In this document: one piece after another, positions 62,401-64,000 of the stretch | Position numbering within the stretch: position 1 is the stretch's first letter | Layout of the letters: each line of letters begins with the position of its first letter | Assembly: GCA_965637545.1 (NCBI GenBank) | Contig: OZ281500.1 | Location: forward strand, 12,028,001 to 12,092,000 | DNA: 64,000 bases | Direction: 5' to 3' | Source of the DNA: Phallusia mammillata | Taxonomy: Eukaryota | The notes under the pieces: generated by a model | Database searches by the model: none | Told to the model about the DNA's origin: nothing | The model's input: only the letters and a program-made list of their open reading frames with translations | Made by a program: the position numbers and the translations under genes

Positions 62401-64000
62401 AACGTTGTAAGAGTCGAGTTGGTGGCATAAATGTCACTTATCATGCCAACTAGTTGCTTGCCGAAAACCCCAACATAATTGTCAACTGTAACTGCTTTCA
62501 GTCGAGCGACCACGTTGGTTCCGTTATTGTACTGAATTTGTGGTAACAGAGCATCGCTCGAACCTATGATCACGTGACCAGAAAAATTGTTATTCAATGT
62601 ACACGGCAATTGTCCACTTGTCTCAGCAACATCTTTGGCATCCACTAGCACTTTACACAACGAGTTTGCATCATTCTCTGATCCTGTAACCACACACAGG
62701 TAGTGCCAGTGACCATCAAGAAGAACACTGGAATCAAAAGGAACCACACTTCCGTCTGGTGCAACAAACACGCTGACGTTTACGGTGTTAGTTTCTGTGA
62801 TGGCCAAAACTGGAACCATACCGTCTTCAGCCATCCACAACAAAGTACCGATCTGAGTTGTCTTTAGCCACATGCAAATGTTATTGAACCGGTTGTTGGT
62901 GATGGAAATATATGATCTGGTGTCTGTGACAGGAAATTCAACAGCTCCAGTACTCATAATCCCATTTACACCTGATTGGTAGGCGAAGAGTGGACGAGTA
63001 TCAAGGCACACGGCTGATGTTAAAGCGTTCTCGGATCCTGGACTCACAAAGCAATTTTTCCACGAGCTGATAGCAGCACCGTAATCCGATCTATGAAATA
63101 ATATAGGTGGAAAGGGGCTAACTTATGAACTTGAGCAATAGCAAAATTATGAGATAATGTTGAAGACATTCGTGTTTAAACTACTAAATTGCTGACCCCA
63201 CATTTTAACGTTACAATGACTTTCCTTATCACACAGAACGGATCTTATGTTTTTTTTCGCAGAAAAAGATTGTTACTTTTCAAGAAACCTTTTTTTTTTA
63301 TCTAACTTAATCCTAAAAATCAAACATTGCAATTTAAATAACCTTTCAAACCAACCTACCGAACGGTGTCGCTTGATGGATCGACAGCAAAACAACCAAC
63401 CAATGAGAGCAGTGGTGGACATGTGATGTAATTTACCTCATTGTTAAATGTGATGATGGTTCTGGTGAAGATGTCTTGGGTAGTTTCGCGACAAAACAAT
63501 TTCCCTAAAGACACAGTATTTAGAATTAGTTTTTTCAACAGTAATGGACACGTTTTGTAATTTTAGACAGTTTACGTACCAATAAAGTTATTCCGTTTTA
63601 TAGAAAATATAATTGAAGCACACATGTAGTTTCAACATGCAACTTGTATTGGCTACGTTTGAATTTTGTTTCCGCGGTTGAATATCAATTTATATATCAA
63701 TTACAAAAACTAAATTATGGACGAAATATGTCGATTTAAGTTCACGTAAAGAAAACTTAAGGTTGTTCTTCACATATGAAGATACTAGCTTTATGAAGTA
63801 GCAAAAGTTTGAAGGTGGAAACACATCTATTTTACCTAAAGACACTATTACCTGATTTACTGTTTGTTTTTCCATATGCACACACAAGCATTTAACCATG
63901 GCAAGTTATTCGAAACAACTAACCTTTTGTTGCCACGGCATACTGGTTTAAATCATGGCGAAATCGGATCACGCAAGAGTTTTGCTCCGGGAAATCCAGA
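50446..64000 (-). CDS. Large adhesion GPCR: pentraxin/LamG - about 5 FN3 - 6 TSP1 - HormR - GAIN/GPS - 7TM (5' end beyond window)
   Basis: 27 phase-consistent exons: >64000-63924, 63504-63360, 63090-62119, 61884-61675, 61604-61423, 61241-61008, 60862-60673, 60394-60174, 58693-58500, 58251-58030, 57086-56907, 56848-56741, 56454-56251, 56009-55860, 55678-55453, 55184-55001, 54446-54242, 54077-53939, 53751-53579, 53500-53328, 53159-52884, 52495-52262, 52054-51930, 51732-51564, 51365-51099, 50800-50686, 50601-50446 (about 5.7 kb, about 1,900 aa). GPS reads CVF...DDGC...CRCNHLTTFALL. HormR reads CPRE...LWW...SCP...GTVWRKC...WMKEDLSGC. Seven hydrophobic segments end VIFSVFSVLEVVYDLF...DVRLFYRRKL. 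Confidence 0.9.
50963..51021. repeat. Perfect 30-bp tandem duplication in an aGPCR intron
   Basis: AACTGTTTTCATATTGGGAATCCAGTAAT occurs twice, period 30. Confidence 0.9.
54494..54849. mobile_element. hAT-type MITE with GGGTTCGG/TTCGGGC subterminal repeats
   Basis: TSD aggtggat / aggtagat (7/8). Ends CAGA.../...TCTG. Located in the intron between the TSP1-6 and HormR exons. Confidence 0.7.
57682..57896. mobile_element. Short hAT MITE, internally deleted relative of 29746-30522
   Basis: Same termini and GCGACGC repeats as 29746-30522. Perfect TSD cattatat (57674-57681, 57897-57904). Confidence 0.92.
58852..59596. mobile_element. hAT MITE (inverted sister of 47338-47877) containing a nested MITE
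   Basis: Perfect TSD ccatagga. The left end CAGTGGTTCTTAACCGGTGGGAAATTTAA is the reverse complement of the right end of 47338-47877. Confidence 0.9.
59362..59556. mobile_element. Nested 195-bp hAT MITE
   Basis: Ends CAGTGGTTCTTAACC / TTGGGAACCCCTG. Perfect TSD ctttagtg. GCACCCC repeats and an internal 30-bp tandem duplication. Confidence 0.88.

Overview
AT-rich, gene-dense eukaryotic DNA with mostly 60-200 bp GT-AG introns. It is most consistent with an invertebrate chordate such as an ascidian; this is inferred from intron size, acceptor sites just upstream of start codons and the MITE landscape, and is not proven. Eleven protein-coding genes were assembled by hand with phase-consistent exons: MAPK8IP1/JIP1 (3' part, +), ESCO2 (+), an achaete-scute bHLH gene (+), MPV17 (-, mostly hidden from the ORF track), COQ10 (-), KIFBP (+), PSMD6 (-), ARPC1 (+), STX18 (-), NPC2 (+), and a very large adhesion GPCR (-). 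The GPCR has at least 27 exons and about 1,900 aa in the window, with its N-terminus beyond the window. Its architecture is pentraxin/LamG, about 5 FN3, 6 TSP1, HormR, GAIN/GPS, 7TM. Non-coding DNA carries 11 hAT-type MITEs with 8-bp TSDs, a Tc1/mariner MITE, a tRNA-derived SINE, and a 3.4-kb foldback element built from 199-bp repeats that has absorbed three further insertions. The most notable signals are the mosaic adhesion GPCR, the achaete-scute gene (Hes-type repressor sites at its TATA box and three miR-34 seed matches in its 3' UTR), a candidate COQ10-MPV17 operon, and the foldback element. There is no CRISPR array, rRNA gene or transposase ORF.
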